The notes: generated by a model not told the origin, from the letters alone. A DNA stretch of 64,000 nucleotides from Thermoanaerobaculia bacterium (GCA_963666565.1 OY762911.1:2728476-2792475), one strand, 5' to 3'. Positions 37,257-47,614 are shown, counted from the first letter of the stretch. A program made the numbers and translations.

Positions 37257-37325
37257 ACACTGGGTGCGCAGGCGTCCTCGCCGGCTGCCGCCGGAGGCGG
37301 CCAGTAGACGGGCCGCGAAGCGGCC
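37257..37325 (+). repeat. Copy F of the triple-hairpin intergenic repeat. It is diverged in hairpin 1.
   Basis: ctgggtgcgcaggcgtcctcgccggctgccgccggaggcggccagtagacgggccgcgaagcggcc. Hairpins 2 and 3 are intact. Confidence 0.65.
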
Positions 37326-37379
37326 ACGATCTCCGCCAGATGGCTCAACGAAACGTGATTCAACCGTAGAGGCTACGTC

Positions 37380-38654
37380 TTGTCCAAGGAGCCGAGGCGT
37401 GGGCAAGGGATGGTTCCGGCGGAGGCGGCCGGGCTCTACGTCCACATCCCCTTTTGCTCGGCGATCTGTCCCTACTGCGACTTTGCGGTGGCGCGGGGTG
37501 GCGAGGCGGATGGGGAGCGGTTTGTTGATGCCTTGGTTGGAGAGATCGATTCCTTCGGCTGCAGGGGGCGAGAGCGGAATCGGACTGGCGAGGCTGAGAG
37601 GTTCGGTACCGGCGGGTTCGACACTGTGTACTTCGGCGGAGGTACTCCCTCGGCGCTGGGCCTGGAGCAGCTTGGGGCGATTCGGCGGCGATTGGTCGGG
37701 ACGTTCCTGATCGATCCCGAGGCCGAGTGGACGATCGAGGTGAACCCGGAGGATGCGTCGCCCGAGGCGCTGTCGGGCTGGCGGGAACTCGGTTTCGACC
37801 GGGTCAGTCTGGGCCTGCAGGCGTTGGACGATCGGGCGTTGCGCTTTCTCGGGCGGCGGCACGATGCGGCGGCGGCGCGTGCGAGCGTCGAAGGGGCACG
37901 TGCCGCGGGTTTCCGGTCGGTGTCGGTCGACCTGATCTACTCGTTGCCCGGATTCGACGGCGGCTGGTGGCTTCGGACGCTGGACGAGGCGGCGGCGCTC
38001 GGGCCGGACCACGTCTCCTGCTACGAACTGACGATCCACGACGGGACGCCGTTCGGCCGGCGGCGGGACGCGGGCAGGCTGCGGGACACCGGCGAAGACG
38101 AGCGGGCCGCCAACTTCGTCGCCACGCATCGGCGGCTCGCGAAGCTCGGCTACGAGGGCTACGAGGTCTCGAACTTCGCCCGCCGCGTGGCGGACCGGAG
38201 CCGCCACAACCGGAAGTACTGGCGGCACCGGCCCTATCTGGGGCTGGGGCCTTCGTCGCACTCCTTCGCCGGGCGCAGTCGGTGGTGGAACGTGGCTCCG
38301 TGGAAGGACTGGAGCGCCGCGGTGGCGAGCGGTGAATCTCCGGTCGCCGGTCGCGAGGAACTGACCGACGACCAACTGCTGCTGGAAGCGGTGATGATGG
38401 GACTCCGCCAGCGATCCGGCATCGACTGCGCCGCGCTGGAGCGGCGTTTCGGCATCGATCCGTCCGCCGGCAACGCCGGGCGAATCGAAGCCTGGGAGAA
38501 GGCGGGCTGGCTCCGGGTCGTTGGCCGGCGACTGACGCCGACCCTCGAAGGCATGGCCCGGGCCGATCGCCTTGCGGGGGAGTGGATCCTCCCGGCCGGC
38601 GGTAGCCGGCGCCGCCGGAGGCGCGCGGCCTCGTCGTCGCCCGTGAGCGGGTAG
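37380..38654 (+). CDS. hemW: Radical SAM heme chaperone HemW / HemN-like coproporphyrinogen III oxidase family protein.
   Basis: CSAICPYC radical-SAM Cys triad near the N-terminus. HemN C-terminal-like domain. Confidence 0.75.
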   Translation: MSKEPRRGQGMVPAEAAGLYVHIPFCSAICPYCDFAVARGGEADGERFVDALVGEIDSFGCRGRERNRTGEAERFGTGGFDTVYFGGGTPSALGLEQLGAIRRRLVGTFLIDPEAEWTIEVNPEDASPEALSGWRELGFDRVSLGLQALDDRALRFLGRRHDAAAARASVEGARAAGFRSVSVDLIYSLPGFDGGWWLRTLDEAAALGPDHVSCYELTIHDGTPFGRRRDAGRLRDTGEDERAANFVATHRRLAKLGYEGYEVSNFARRVADRSRHNRKYWRHRPYLGLGPSSHSFAGRSRWWNVAPWKDWSAAVASGESPVAGREELTDDQLLLEAVMMGLRQRSGIDCAALERRFGIDPSAGNAGRIEAWEKAGWLRVVGRRLTPTLEGMARADRLAGEWILPAGGSRRRRRRAASSSPVSG

Positions 38655-38667
38655 TCTGACCTCGACG

Positions 38668-39201
38668 ATGAGACGCCCGCCCGCAGGAGCGGAGAAGGTG
38701 CGCGCCCTGATGCGGCGCCTGGGCGGTGCGGCCCGCAGTCCCGGGCGGATCTATCTGGTGGGGGGCGCCTCCGCCGTCCTCGTCGGCTGGCGGGAGACGA
38801 CGATCGATGTCGACCTCAAGCTCGATCCGGAGCCGGAGGGCGTCTTCGCCGCGATCGCCGGGGCGAAGGAGGCGCTTCGGGTGAACGTGGAACTCGCGGC
38901 GCCCGACGACTTCCTGCCCGCGCTGCCCGGGTGGCGCGACCGCAGTCCGTTCGTCGCGCGTCACGGGGTTGTCGATTTCTTTCACTACGACTTCCACGCC
39001 CAGGCTCTCGCGAAGATCGAACGGGCCCACGCCCAGGACCTGGCCGACGTGGAGGCGATGCTGGAGCGCGGCCTGGTCACGGCGCCGCGGCTCCTGGATC
39101 TGTTTCGACGGATCGAGCCTGAACTGGAACGCTATCCGGCAGTCGAGCCCAGGTGTCTTCGCCTGAGGGTGCTTCGCTACGCCGGCGAGGACGGGGCATG
39201 A
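38668..39201 (+). CDS. Hypothetical protein with a nucleotidyltransferase-fold-like N-terminus.
   Basis: 177 aa. GGASAVLVGWRETTIDVDL resembles the hG[GS]...DhD NTase signature. Family not recognised. Confidence 0.35.
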   Translation: MRRPPAGAEKVRALMRRLGGAARSPGRIYLVGGASAVLVGWRETTIDVDLKLDPEPEGVFAAIAGAKEALRVNVELAAPDDFLPALPGWRDRSPFVARHGVVDFFHYDFHAQALAKIERAHAQDLADVEAMLERGLVTAPRLLDLFRRIEPELERYPAVEPRCLRLRVLRYAGEDGA

Positions 39202-39605
39202 CCGGGCCGGAAACGGCTGCGCTCGACCGCGTGCCGGCGACGCTCCCGGGCGCGGATCTCGTGGCGGCGGGGATCGAGGCGCTGCGGCGGGGAGAGACGA
39301 CGGAGGAGGCTCTGCTGGTTCTGATCGGCGCCTGGCGGCTCCGCGCCGCCGGTCTGGATGTTCCGGCGGCGCCGGACCTCGAGACGTCGCCCGAGATCGC
39401 CCTCTACGGGATGATCGCCGCCAGGCGCTCGGCCGACGCGCACTCCCGTTACAACGCGCTTGTCCGTCGCCTGGTCAGCTTCGAGCGCGCGTTGGAGAGC
39501 CGGCCTTCGGCCGGCGCGTCTTTCCGGCCGCCTTCGGCGGCAGCCGGCGAGGACGCCGGCGCACCCAGTGTGCGGCCCCGTTCCCCGCGCGACAGCGCAG
39601 CCTGA
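39198..39605 (+). CDS. Hypothetical protein, translationally coupled to the upstream gene.
   Basis: 135 aa from the ATG at 39198. ATGA overlap with the upstream stop. No recognisable motif. Confidence 0.3.
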   Translation: MTGPETAALDRVPATLPGADLVAAGIEALRRGETTEEALLVLIGAWRLRAAGLDVPAAPDLETSPEIALYGMIAARRSADAHSRYNALVRRLVSFERALESRPSAGASFRPPSAAAGEDAGAPSVRPRSPRDSAA

Positions 39606-39620
39606 CGGCTGCGAACACTC

Positions 39621-41282
39621 CTAGCGGAAGACGGACGCTTCGAGCTCGACGTCGGCGCTCTGCCACGCCTTCGCCAGGCGCTCTTCCACTGCATCCGCTT
39701 CCTGCTTCCGGTCCTGCGCGCGCAGTGCCTCCGCCAGGCCGTACAGGGACCAGCCGTTGTGCGGGTTGTGCTCCAGGTCGCGGCGGTAGGCGGCTTCGGC
39801 CTCGGCGGCGCGGCCGGCTTCAAGCAGGACGGCGCCGAGGGACTGGCGCACGGGGTAGTGGAAGGACGGCGGCTCCGCGTAACGGAGGCTGTCCTGGAGC
39901 GCCACGGCCGAGCGCATCTCGGCGATCGCCCGCGGCAGCCGGCCCCTGGCCGCCTGGATCTCGCCAGCGAGCAGGTGTTCGGTCAGGCGCACCAGATCGG
40001 CGCCTCGGGCGAACGAGATGCGGAGTTCCGAGAGTTCCGGGCGCCGCCGGAGCTTGCCGAGCGCCTTGAGGTGGCGTCTGGCGCCGCGCGGGTCGCCCGC
40101 GGCCGCCGCGGCCAGGCCCTGGGCGTAGCGCCACATCGCGGTCTGGAAGGTCTGGCCGGCCGGCGGCGCCGGGGTATCGCGGATCTCCTGCCAGCGGCCG
40201 AACCGGACGCGGGCGAAAAGCGGCGTCGCCAGGTAGTTCTGGAGGAAGGCAAGCGTCGAGGCCATCGCGAGCGGTACTTCCGCCGCCAGCCTGTCGGCGG
40301 TCTCGATCGCCAGTTCCGAGCGGCCGCCGAAGGTGGCGGCGGCCCACAGGAAGTGGATGTTGTGGGGGTAGTAGCCGACCGCGTATAGCCCCTGGGCGTT
40401 GCATTGCGCGAGGTAGTCGAGGTCGGCGGCGATCGCGCGCTGGTTCGAGGTCACCGCGTCGTCGTAGCGGCCGACCCGGATGTAGATGTGCGCCGGCATG
40501 TGGACCAGGTGGCCGGCGGAGGGCATCAGCTTGCCCAGGGCGTCGGCGCTGGGCTCGGCGAGATGGGGTTCGCGCGCCTCCATCAGGTGGATGTAGTAGT
40601 GGTGCGCGCCCGGGTGGTCGGGGTGCGCCGCAATCACCCGCTCCAGCGCTGCCTTCGCCTCGACGGTTCCCGGTTGCGGTTGGCCGCCGCGCCAGTAGTC
40701 CCAGGGCATCGTGTTCATGATCGCCGCGGCGTGCAGCGTCGCCGGTTCCGGGTCGTCCGGGAAGCGCTTCGCGACGGCGGCGATGGCGTCGACCCACGCC
40801 GCGTCGAAGGCGGCCCGGTCGGCCTCTTCTTCGGCGGAGTAGCGGCTCGCGAGCGCCTCGATCAGGGCCTGCTCGCGCTCGTCGCCGTTGGCGCGCCGTT
40901 CGCGCGCCAGCTCCAGGCTGGCCAGCGCCTGCAGCTCGCGCTCCCGCGGCATCGAGTCGTTCAGGTTGCGGCCCAGGGCCAGCGCCTTGCCCCAGTGTGG
41001 CATCGGCGCTTCCGGGTCGAGCCGCGCCGCTTCCTCGAAGGCCCGAATGGCCTCGGCGTGGTTGAACGCGTAGACGAGCCGCAGCCCCTGGTCGAAGAAG
41101 CGCTGCGCCGCTTCGGACGAGGTGGTGATCGGGTAGTGCAGGTCGCCCAGGCCCTCCAGCGTCGGCGCCAGAGGTTGGCCGGCGTCGTTGGCGCTGGCGT
41201 CAGCCGGGGAGGCGCTCAGCAGAGCGGCCGCCCAGGCGGCGGCGAGGATCGCCGGGATGCGTCCCGGTCCGCTGTCTCTCAT
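39621..41282 (-). CDS. Secreted TPR-repeat protein.
   Basis: 553 aa from the ATG at 41282. Signal peptide AILAAAWAAALLSASPADA. Multiple TPR-like A/L-rich repeats. It is the real C-terminal part of the 734-aa track ORF. Confidence 0.55.
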   Translation of the reverse strand: MRDSGPGRIPAILAAAWAAALLSASPADASANDAGQPLAPTLEGLGDLHYPITTSSEAAQRFFDQGLRLVYAFNHAEAIRAFEEAARLDPEAPMPHWGKALALGRNLNDSMPRERELQALASLELARERRANGDEREQALIEALASRYSAEEEADRAAFDAAWVDAIAAVAKRFPDDPEPATLHAAAIMNTMPWDYWRGGQPQPGTVEAKAALERVIAAHPDHPGAHHYYIHLMEAREPHLAEPSADALGKLMPSAGHLVHMPAHIYIRVGRYDDAVTSNQRAIAADLDYLAQCNAQGLYAVGYYPHNIHFLWAAATFGGRSELAIETADRLAAEVPLAMASTLAFLQNYLATPLFARVRFGRWQEIRDTPAPPAGQTFQTAMWRYAQGLAAAAAGDPRGARRHLKALGKLRRRPELSELRISFARGADLVRLTEHLLAGEIQAARGRLPRAIAEMRSAVALQDSLRYAEPPSFHYPVRQSLGAVLLEAGRAAEAEAAYRRDLEHNPHNGWSLYGLAEALRAQDRKQEADAVEERLAKAWQSADVELEASVFR

Positions 41283-41418
41283 GCGGTCAGGGTAACAGCG
41301 TCGGCGGAGCGGGATTCGCGGCACGCGCTTGCGGTGCGGCGGGGTCGAGGCCGAACACGGCGCCGGCAATGGTCCGCGAGCGCCGGTCGGCGTTAGCATC
41401 GCCCTCGATGGGTGGTCC

Positions 41419-42441
41419 GTGGCGCGCATAGCGGTCCTGACCGGAGGCTCGACGCCGGAGAGAACGGTCGCCCTGGCCGGAGCGGCCAAGGTGTCGGCCG
41501 CGTTGCGGACCCGCGGCCACGAGGTCGCCGTGTTCGACACAATCGAACCGGGACCCCTGGACGCGGAACAGGAGCGTCGGCGCCTGGGCCGAGCCGTCGG
41601 CGCCCGCCCGCCGTCGCTGGCCGAGCTGCGCGAACTGGAAGCGCGGGAAGACCTGCCCGCCCTGGTCGCGGGCGAACTCGCCGGCCACGACGCCGTCTTC
41701 CTCGTCCTCCACGGCCGCCAGGGCGAGGGCGGGGAAGTGCAGGAGCTGCTGGAGGCCGCCGGCATCGCCTTCACCGGCAGCGACTCCCGCGGCAGCCGTC
41801 TGGCGATGGACAAGGACGAGAGCAAGCGCCGCTTCCGCGATGCCGGTATCCCGACTCCCGACTGGCTGACCTGGCCGGCCCGTCAGTCCGACATCGAAGA
41901 GCTCGGCCTGCCCCTGATCGTCAAGCCGTCACGGGTCGGCTCGACGGTCGGCCTGACCCTCATGCGGGATCTCGACGGCCTCGACTCGGCGGTCGGCAAG
42001 GCCTTGACGTTCGACGACCACGTGATCCTGGAGCCGTTCCTGCCCGGGCGGGAGTACACCGTGGGAGTCCTCGAGGACTGCGCACTGGGCGTCGGCGAGA
42101 TCATCTCGCCGGGCACGATCTTCGACTTCCACAGCAAGTACACCCCGGGGCGTGCCCGGGAAGTGTTTCCAGCCGACATCGACGAGGACCTCCGGAAGCG
42201 TCTCCGCGAACTTGCCCTCGCCGCCCACGAGGCGCTGGCCCTCCGCGACTTCTCCCGCGTCGACTTCCGTCTCGACGCCGAGGGCGCCCCTCACTGCCTG
42301 GAGGTCAACACCCTGCCGGGCATGACGCCCACCAGCCTCCTCCCGCAATCCGCCGCGGTCTTCGGCATCTCCTTCGAAGACCTCTGCGACCGCATGATCC
42401 GTCTGGCTCTGGGCCGCAACGCTCCTGACCTCGCTCCGTGA
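41419..42441 (+). CDS. ddl: D-alanine--D-alanine ligase.
   Basis: ATP-grasp motifs. N-terminus IAVLTGGSTPERTVAL resembles Ddl. GTG start inferred, uncertain. Confidence 0.7.
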   Translation: MARIAVLTGGSTPERTVALAGAAKVSAALRTRGHEVAVFDTIEPGPLDAEQERRRLGRAVGARPPSLAELRELEAREDLPALVAGELAGHDAVFLVLHGRQGEGGEVQELLEAAGIAFTGSDSRGSRLAMDKDESKRRFRDAGIPTPDWLTWPARQSDIEELGLPLIVKPSRVGSTVGLTLMRDLDGLDSAVGKALTFDDHVILEPFLPGREYTVGVLEDCALGVGEIISPGTIFDFHSKYTPGRAREVFPADIDEDLRKRLRELALAAHEALALRDFSRVDFRLDAEGAPHCLEVNTLPGMTPTSLLPQSAAVFGISFEDLCDRMIRLALGRNAPDLAP

Positions 42442-42510
42442 ACCCTCCGCACTCCCGTGCGACTCAGTAGCCGGACCAATCCTCGGACCATCGAGCCAGA
42501 CGACGACGTC

Positions 42511-42700
42511 CCGCCCGAGCCGGGCCGGGGGGCGGGGTCCCGGGGGGTCGGAGGCAAGTGACTCCCGGCGCCCTTCCGGCAACCGACGCCGAGCAGGAAC
42601 GCAGCCGACAACAGCGAGCCCACCCCTTCCGTCCTCTGCCTTGAGGGCGAGCGTCCCCCGGGACCCTCCCCCCGGCCCGGATCGGGCGGGTTCGCGCCCC
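42511..42700. repeat. Long imperfect inverted repeat with arms of about 38 nt flanking a spacer of about 115 nt. It lies in a convergent intergenic region.
   Basis: Left arm ccgcccgagccgggccggggggcggggtcccgggggg (42511-42548). Right arm cccccgggaccctccccccggcccggatcgggcgg (42665-42700). The reverse complement of the right arm matches the left arm except for a few mismatches. Confidence 0.7.
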
Positions 42701-42704
42701 GGCG

Positions 42705-43886
42705 CTACGCCGTAGCCGACCGCGGCCGGTTCACCACCCGGTCGAGCGCGCCGCGCAGGTCGGCGACCAGGTCTTCCCCGTTCTCGATTCCGATCGAGAG
42801 CCGCAGGAGCCGGTCGCCGATGCCGGCCGCGGCCCTTGCCTCCGCCGTCATCGAGGCGTGGGACATGGTGGCCGGGTGGGAGATCAGGCTCTCGACGCCG
42901 CCAAGGGACTCGGCGAACGAGAAGCACGTCAGGTTCGAGACCAGGTGGGCCACGTCGCCGGCGTCGCCCCGGAGGTCGAAGCTCGCCATGGCGCCGAAGC
43001 CGTCCTGCTGGCGCCTGGCGATCTCGTGGCCGGGATGGTCCGGCAGGCTCGGGTGGTAGACCCGTTCGACGGCCGGATGCTCGCGGAGCATCTCGACGAC
43101 CGCCAGCGCGTTCTCCTCGTGGCAGCGCAGGCGGCTGTGCAGGGTGCGCAGCCCGCGCAGCGTCAGGTAGCTGTCGAAGGGAGCGCCGGCCACGCCCATC
43201 ATGTTCGCCCACTCCTCGAAGAACTCGTGGAGTTCCGGCGTCGCGGCGACGACGGCGCCGCCGACCACGTCGCTGTGGCCGTTCAGGTACTTCGTCGTCG
43301 AGTGGATGACCGCGTCGGCCCCCCGTTCGATGGGCCGCTGAAACGCCGGCGACATGAACGTGTTGTCGGCCACGACCAGCGCGCCGGCCTGCTTCGCGTG
43401 TCGGCAGACGGCTTCCAGATCGGTGATGCGAAGCAGCGGGTTGCTCGGCGTCTCGACCAGAACCAGCCTCGGTCCCGAGGCGAGAGCCGTCGCCGCGGCC
43501 TGCCGGTCCGTCAGGTCGGCGAACTCGACCTCCAGCAGGCCGCGCTGCCGGAGGCGGTCGAAGAGGCGGAACGTGCCGCCGTAGCAGTCGTGGGCGGCGA
43601 CGATCCGGTCGCCGGGGTCGACCAGTTGGCAGACCAGGGTCACCGCCGCCATGCCGGAAGCGGTGACGACGGCGCCGTGGCCGCCCTCGGCCTCGGCCAG
43701 CGCTTCGGCGAGGGCGGATCGCGTCGGGTTGCCGGAGCGCGTGTAGTCGTACGGCCGCTTGCCGTCCAGGCCGGCGAACGTGAAGTTGGCCGAGAGATGC
43801 AGCGGCGGAACGACCGCTCCGTGGTGTTCGTCGGTAGCGAGCGCCGCGCGGACGGCGCGGGTTGCCGGGTCGTGGTTCTTTGTCAT
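42705..43886 (-). CDS. Cystathionine gamma-synthase / beta-lyase family PLP enzyme (Cys/Met metabolism).
   Basis: HSTTKYLNGHSDVVGG PLP-lysine motif. N-terminal NPTR. Confidence 0.8.
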   Translation of the reverse strand: MTKNHDPATRAVRAALATDEHHGAVVPPLHLSANFTFAGLDGKRPYDYTRSGNPTRSALAEALAEAEGGHGAVVTASGMAAVTLVCQLVDPGDRIVAAHDCYGGTFRLFDRLRQRGLLEVEFADLTDRQAAATALASGPRLVLVETPSNPLLRITDLEAVCRHAKQAGALVVADNTFMSPAFQRPIERGADAVIHSTTKYLNGHSDVVGGAVVAATPELHEFFEEWANMMGVAGAPFDSYLTLRGLRTLHSRLRCHEENALAVVEMLREHPAVERVYHPSLPDHPGHEIARRQQDGFGAMASFDLRGDAGDVAHLVSNLTCFSFAESLGGVESLISHPATMSHASMTAEARAAAGIGDRLLRLSIGIENGEDLVADLRGALDRVVNRPRSATA

Positions 43887-44332
43887 GTGAGTCTCCGGTC
43901 GAAAGGAGGTTGGGCGGTCCCGCTTGCGCGGAACGGGTTCAACGCTCTCCCGAGAAGACTTCTACGGAGAGTGACCGGAGGTGGCGTCGAAACCGCGTTC
44001 ATGCGGCTCTTGACTCATCTCTCGGCAAGCCCCGTCCGAGGACGGAACTCCCGTAGGAGTTGGCACCTTCCCCAGGGTTGCGAAGCCCCGGTGGTTGCCC
44101 CGGCGTCGACGGGCCTGTCCCTCAGCCGGTCTCGATGAGTTGCTCCGGCCACGGGGAACCGCGCCGAAGCGGACGGATCGTAGCAGACGGTCGCGCGCCC
44201 GGCGGCGAAGCCGCCGGTGCTATGCTGATCGGCAGTTCCGTTGACCCTCTCCGGGCGACGCGTGTCGTCCTGGTTCGCTTTTCGGTAACGCCGCATCCCG
44301 CCGTCGGGATGGGCATTGAAGGGAGGTCCCTG

Positions 44333-47300
44333 ATGAGGAAGCTGGCTGGTTGGACTCGGGGGACTGCGGTCGGCGCGGTCGCGATCGTGTTCTGTGCGAC
44401 GGGCGCCTGGGCGCAGGCGACCGGACAGTTGAGCGGCTTCGTCACGGACAACGAAGGCGACGCCCTGCCGGGCGTCAGCGTCACGGTGACGAACGTCGCC
44501 ACGAACCAGTCCCGGCTGGTGATGACGGGACAGGACGGCTACTTCGCGGCGCCGCTGCTGGCGCCGGGCGACTACAACGTCACGGCTGCGCTCGATGGCT
44601 TCGTCCAGTTGAGCCGCGAAGGCGTCCGGGTCACGGCGGCGGAGACCGCGAGGATCGCCATGGCGCTCACGGTCGGCGAGTTCTCGGAGACGATGACGGT
44701 CACCGGCGAGACGCCCCTGATCGAGACATCGAACGCCACCCTGGGCGTGGTCGTCGACGAGGTGCAGATCGTCCAATTGCCGCTCAACGGCCGGAACTTC
44801 ACCCAGCTGGGCACTCTCATCCCGGGCGTGGTCGAGCCGCCCGCCCGTCTCGGCGGCGCGCGCGGCGACGCCGACGCCGCCATTCACGGCTTCGGCGCCG
44901 CGACCGCGGGCTTCAGCGTCAACGGCGTGCGCAACCAGTCGAACAACTTCCTGCTCGACGGCGCCGCCAACAACGACACGTTCAACACCGGCTTCGTCGT
45001 GCGGCCGCCTCCGGACGCGATCGAGGAGTTCAAGATCCTGACCCACTCCTACACCGCGGAGTTCGGCCGCAATGCCGGCTCGATCGTCAACGTGGTGACG
45101 AAGTCGGGCGGCAACAGCCTGCAGGGGAGCATCTGGGAGTTCAACCGCGACGATTCGCTGGAGTCCCGGAACTACTTCTCGCCGCCCGACCAGGAGAAGC
45201 CGACGCTCGCGCAGGATCAGTTCGGCGGGACGATCGGCGGCCCGATGATCACCGACCGGCTGTTCGGCTTCGGCTACTACGAGGGCTTCCGCAACACCCG
45301 CGGCACGACCCAGAACATCGCGGTGATGTCCGCCGCCGAGCGGATGGGCGACTTCTCGGGCGGCGGCACGATCGTCGACCCGATGACCGGCGAGCCCTTC
45401 CCGGGCAACGTGATTCCGTCCGACCGCCTGAGCCCGATAGCGAGCAGGTTGATCGACGAGTTCATGCCGCTCCCGAACGTGGGCGGCCGCTACATCGCGT
45501 CGCCCGACGTGACGGACGACCGCGACCAGTTCGGGCTGCGCCTGGACTACCGGATCACGGACTCGCAGAACGTGCTGGCGCGCGCTCTCAGAAGCGCGTC
45601 CGACCGCTTCGAGCCGCCGACGGTGCGGCCGATCGGCAACACGGCGGCGTCCACGCTCGAGGACTACATGCTCTCCCACACGGCCACGTTCGGATCGAAC
45701 GTCTTCAACCAGGTGCGGTACCTGAGCAGCGCGATCGACGCGGAGCCGGTGGTCACCAGCGGGCTCACCAACTCCGAGTACGGCATCAACCTGCCGAACA
45801 TCAACGACCTGGCGGTCGGCCTGCCGCAGTTCTCGATCTCGGGCTTCCCGAGCATGGGCGACCGCAACCAGCCGTTCGTCAAGCGGGAGAACGAAGTCGA
45901 GCAGTTCACGGAGGATCTCACCGTTCTGCGCGGCCGCCACACGATCAAGGCGGGAATCGACTACCGGAACGAGAAGATGTTCATCGGCTTCATCAACCGG
46001 CCGAACGGCGACTTCGTGTTCCGGGGCACCCACACCGGCAGTGCCGCGGCCGACTTCCTGCTGGGGCTGCCCTCGCTCTTCCGCACCGCGGTGCCGGGCG
46101 CCGACTCGATCAACGAGGGCGACGGCTCGCTGTACGCCGCGTACATCCAGGACGAGTTCCGGATCTCGCCGCGGCTGACGTTGAATCTCGGTCTCCGGTA
46201 CGAGGTGGCCGAGCCCTTCGAGGATACGGGCGATGCGCTGAACAGCTTCCGGCCGGGTCAGCAGTCGACGCGATTCCCCGACGCGCCCACCGGCCTGGTC
46301 TATCCGGGAGATGCGGGAGTGCCGGCGGGGACCTACGACACGGACTCGAACAACTTCGCGCCGCGGCTCGCGATGGTATGGGACCCCGAAGGCGATGGCC
46401 GGTCCAGCCTTCGCCTCGGCTGGGGCCTGTTCCACGACAGCCTGCCGGGCCAGGGCGACTTCTTCCAGAACTCGGTTCTGGCGCCGCCCTTCAACCCGCT
46501 GGTCCAGCTCAACGCGCCGCCCACGGCGATGACGCTTGCCGATCCGCTCGCCAACCTGACGGGCGGGCCGACCAGGTTCCCGCCGGGGATCATCTTCATC
46601 GGCTGGGGCAGCGAGTTCACGACGCCGAACTACCAGCACTACAACCTGACCTACCAGCGTCAGCTCGGCCAGAACATCGGGCTCGAGGTCGGTTGGGTCG
46701 GCTCGCGCGGCCGCAACCTGCCGATCTTCATGGAGGTCAACCCGCGGGTCGTCGAGCCCGGCCAGACCACGCTGGGGCCGCGCCTGTACCCGGCCTTCAG
46801 CCTCGTGCGGCCGACCTTCACGGTGGCGAAGTCCTGGTACGACGCGTTCCAGGCCAGCGTCCGCATGCGGCCGACGCGCGGGCTCAACTTCCTCTTCTCG
46901 TACACCTACGGCGAGGCGGAAGATCACGTCTCCGGCCTCAACATCGGCGGCGAGGAGCGGCCGATCGTTCCGGTCGACCTGGCGCGGTTGAGTTCCATCG
47001 ACAAGGCGCTCGAGCGGGAGCGCGGTCCGGCGCTCTTCGATGTGGAGCACAGGCTCGTGCTCAGCTTCGGCTACGACCTGCCTTCGCTCGAAGGGCGGAG
47101 CGGGTTCGTGCGCGGGGTGTTCGGCAACTGGCAGTTGAACGGCATCCTGCAGTACCAGACGGGCTATCCGTTCCCGATCCGGGTTCGCGGCGACGACATC
47201 CGCGGCCTGACGTCGCGGCCGGACCAGGTCTGCGACCCGAACAGCGGCGCGCCGAAGACGGTCGAGCAGTGGTTCAACACGGAGTGCTTCGTGTTTCGGA

Positions 47301-47572
47301 CTCTGGCGGAGACCGCCGAGCGGCGCGGCAACGCAGGCCGCAACCCGATTCGCGGTCCGGACTTCGAACGGATCGACCTGTCGCTGATCAAGCACATTCC
47401 GCTTGGCGGCGGCGACCGCTCGCTGCAACTCCGGGTCGAGGCGTTCAATGTCTTCGACCGGGTCAACTTCGCCCAGCCGGGCAACCGGATCGGCGACCGC
47501 AACTACGGAGTCATCACGGCGACGAACGGCGACGGCCGGATCGTGCAGCTCGGAGTCAAGTACAGCTTCTGA
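44333..47572 (+). CDS. Large outer-membrane TonB-dependent receptor-like protein with an N-terminal carboxypeptidase-regulatory-like domain.
   Basis: 1079 aa from the ATG at 44333 (GGGAGG SD). Signal peptide. GFVTDNEGDALPGVSVTVTN...DGYF CarbopepD domain. C-terminal beta-barrel ending in an aromatic residue (…LGVKYSF). Confidence 0.7.
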   Translation: MRKLAGWTRGTAVGAVAIVFCATGAWAQATGQLSGFVTDNEGDALPGVSVTVTNVATNQSRLVMTGQDGYFAAPLLAPGDYNVTAALDGFVQLSREGVRVTAAETARIAMALTVGEFSETMTVTGETPLIETSNATLGVVVDEVQIVQLPLNGRNFTQLGTLIPGVVEPPARLGGARGDADAAIHGFGAATAGFSVNGVRNQSNNFLLDGAANNDTFNTGFVVRPPPDAIEEFKILTHSYTAEFGRNAGSIVNVVTKSGGNSLQGSIWEFNRDDSLESRNYFSPPDQEKPTLAQDQFGGTIGGPMITDRLFGFGYYEGFRNTRGTTQNIAVMSAAERMGDFSGGGTIVDPMTGEPFPGNVIPSDRLSPIASRLIDEFMPLPNVGGRYIASPDVTDDRDQFGLRLDYRITDSQNVLARALRSASDRFEPPTVRPIGNTAASTLEDYMLSHTATFGSNVFNQVRYLSSAIDAEPVVTSGLTNSEYGINLPNINDLAVGLPQFSISGFPSMGDRNQPFVKRENEVEQFTEDLTVLRGRHTIKAGIDYRNEKMFIGFINRPNGDFVFRGTHTGSAAADFLLGLPSLFRTAVPGADSINEGDGSLYAAYIQDEFRISPRLTLNLGLRYEVAEPFEDTGDALNSFRPGQQSTRFPDAPTGLVYPGDAGVPAGTYDTDSNNFAPRLAMVWDPEGDGRSSLRLGWGLFHDSLPGQGDFFQNSVLAPPFNPLVQLNAPPTAMTLADPLANLTGGPTRFPPGIIFIGWGSEFTTPNYQHYNLTYQRQLGQNIGLEVGWVGSRGRNLPIFMEVNPRVVEPGQTTLGPRLYPAFSLVRPTFTVAKSWYDAFQASVRMRPTRGLNFLFSYTYGEAEDHVSGLNIGGEERPIVPVDLARLSSIDKALERERGPALFDVEHRLVLSFGYDLPSLEGRSGFVRGVFGNWQLNGILQYQTGYPFPIRVRGDDIRGLTSRPDQVCDPNSGAPKTVEQWFNTECFVFRTLAETAERRGNAGRNPIRGPDFERIDLSLIKHIPLGGGDRSLQLRVEAFNVFDRVNFAQPGNRIGDRNYGVITATNGDGRIVQLGVKYSF

Positions 47573-47614
47573 CGAGTTGCTGTCGGGCCGGCGGTGGCCG
47601 CCGTGAGCTTGGGT

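Noticed and set aside
34212-37369. Large antisense or alternate-frame ORFs (919 aa on the minus strand; 1031 aa on the plus strand).
   Set aside because: They are overlapped by the motif-supported DUF3604 gene in another frame or strand, and their composition is Arg/Gly/Pro-rich.
36957-37379. A tRNA or other small RNA gene in the long intergenic regions (also 15129-15524, 62133-62376).
   Set aside because: There is no T-loop-like GTTCRANYC motif with appropriate acceptor-stem pairing. These regions are better explained by the repeat elements described.
43887-44332. Possible SAM or cobalamin riboswitch in the 446-nt divergent region upstream of the metB/C-like and TBDR-like genes.
   Set aside because: Reading the 5' UTRs on both strands, I could not find SAM-I/SAM-II core motifs or a B12 box (GCCACTG). 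A covariance-model search would be needed, and nothing is supportable by eye.
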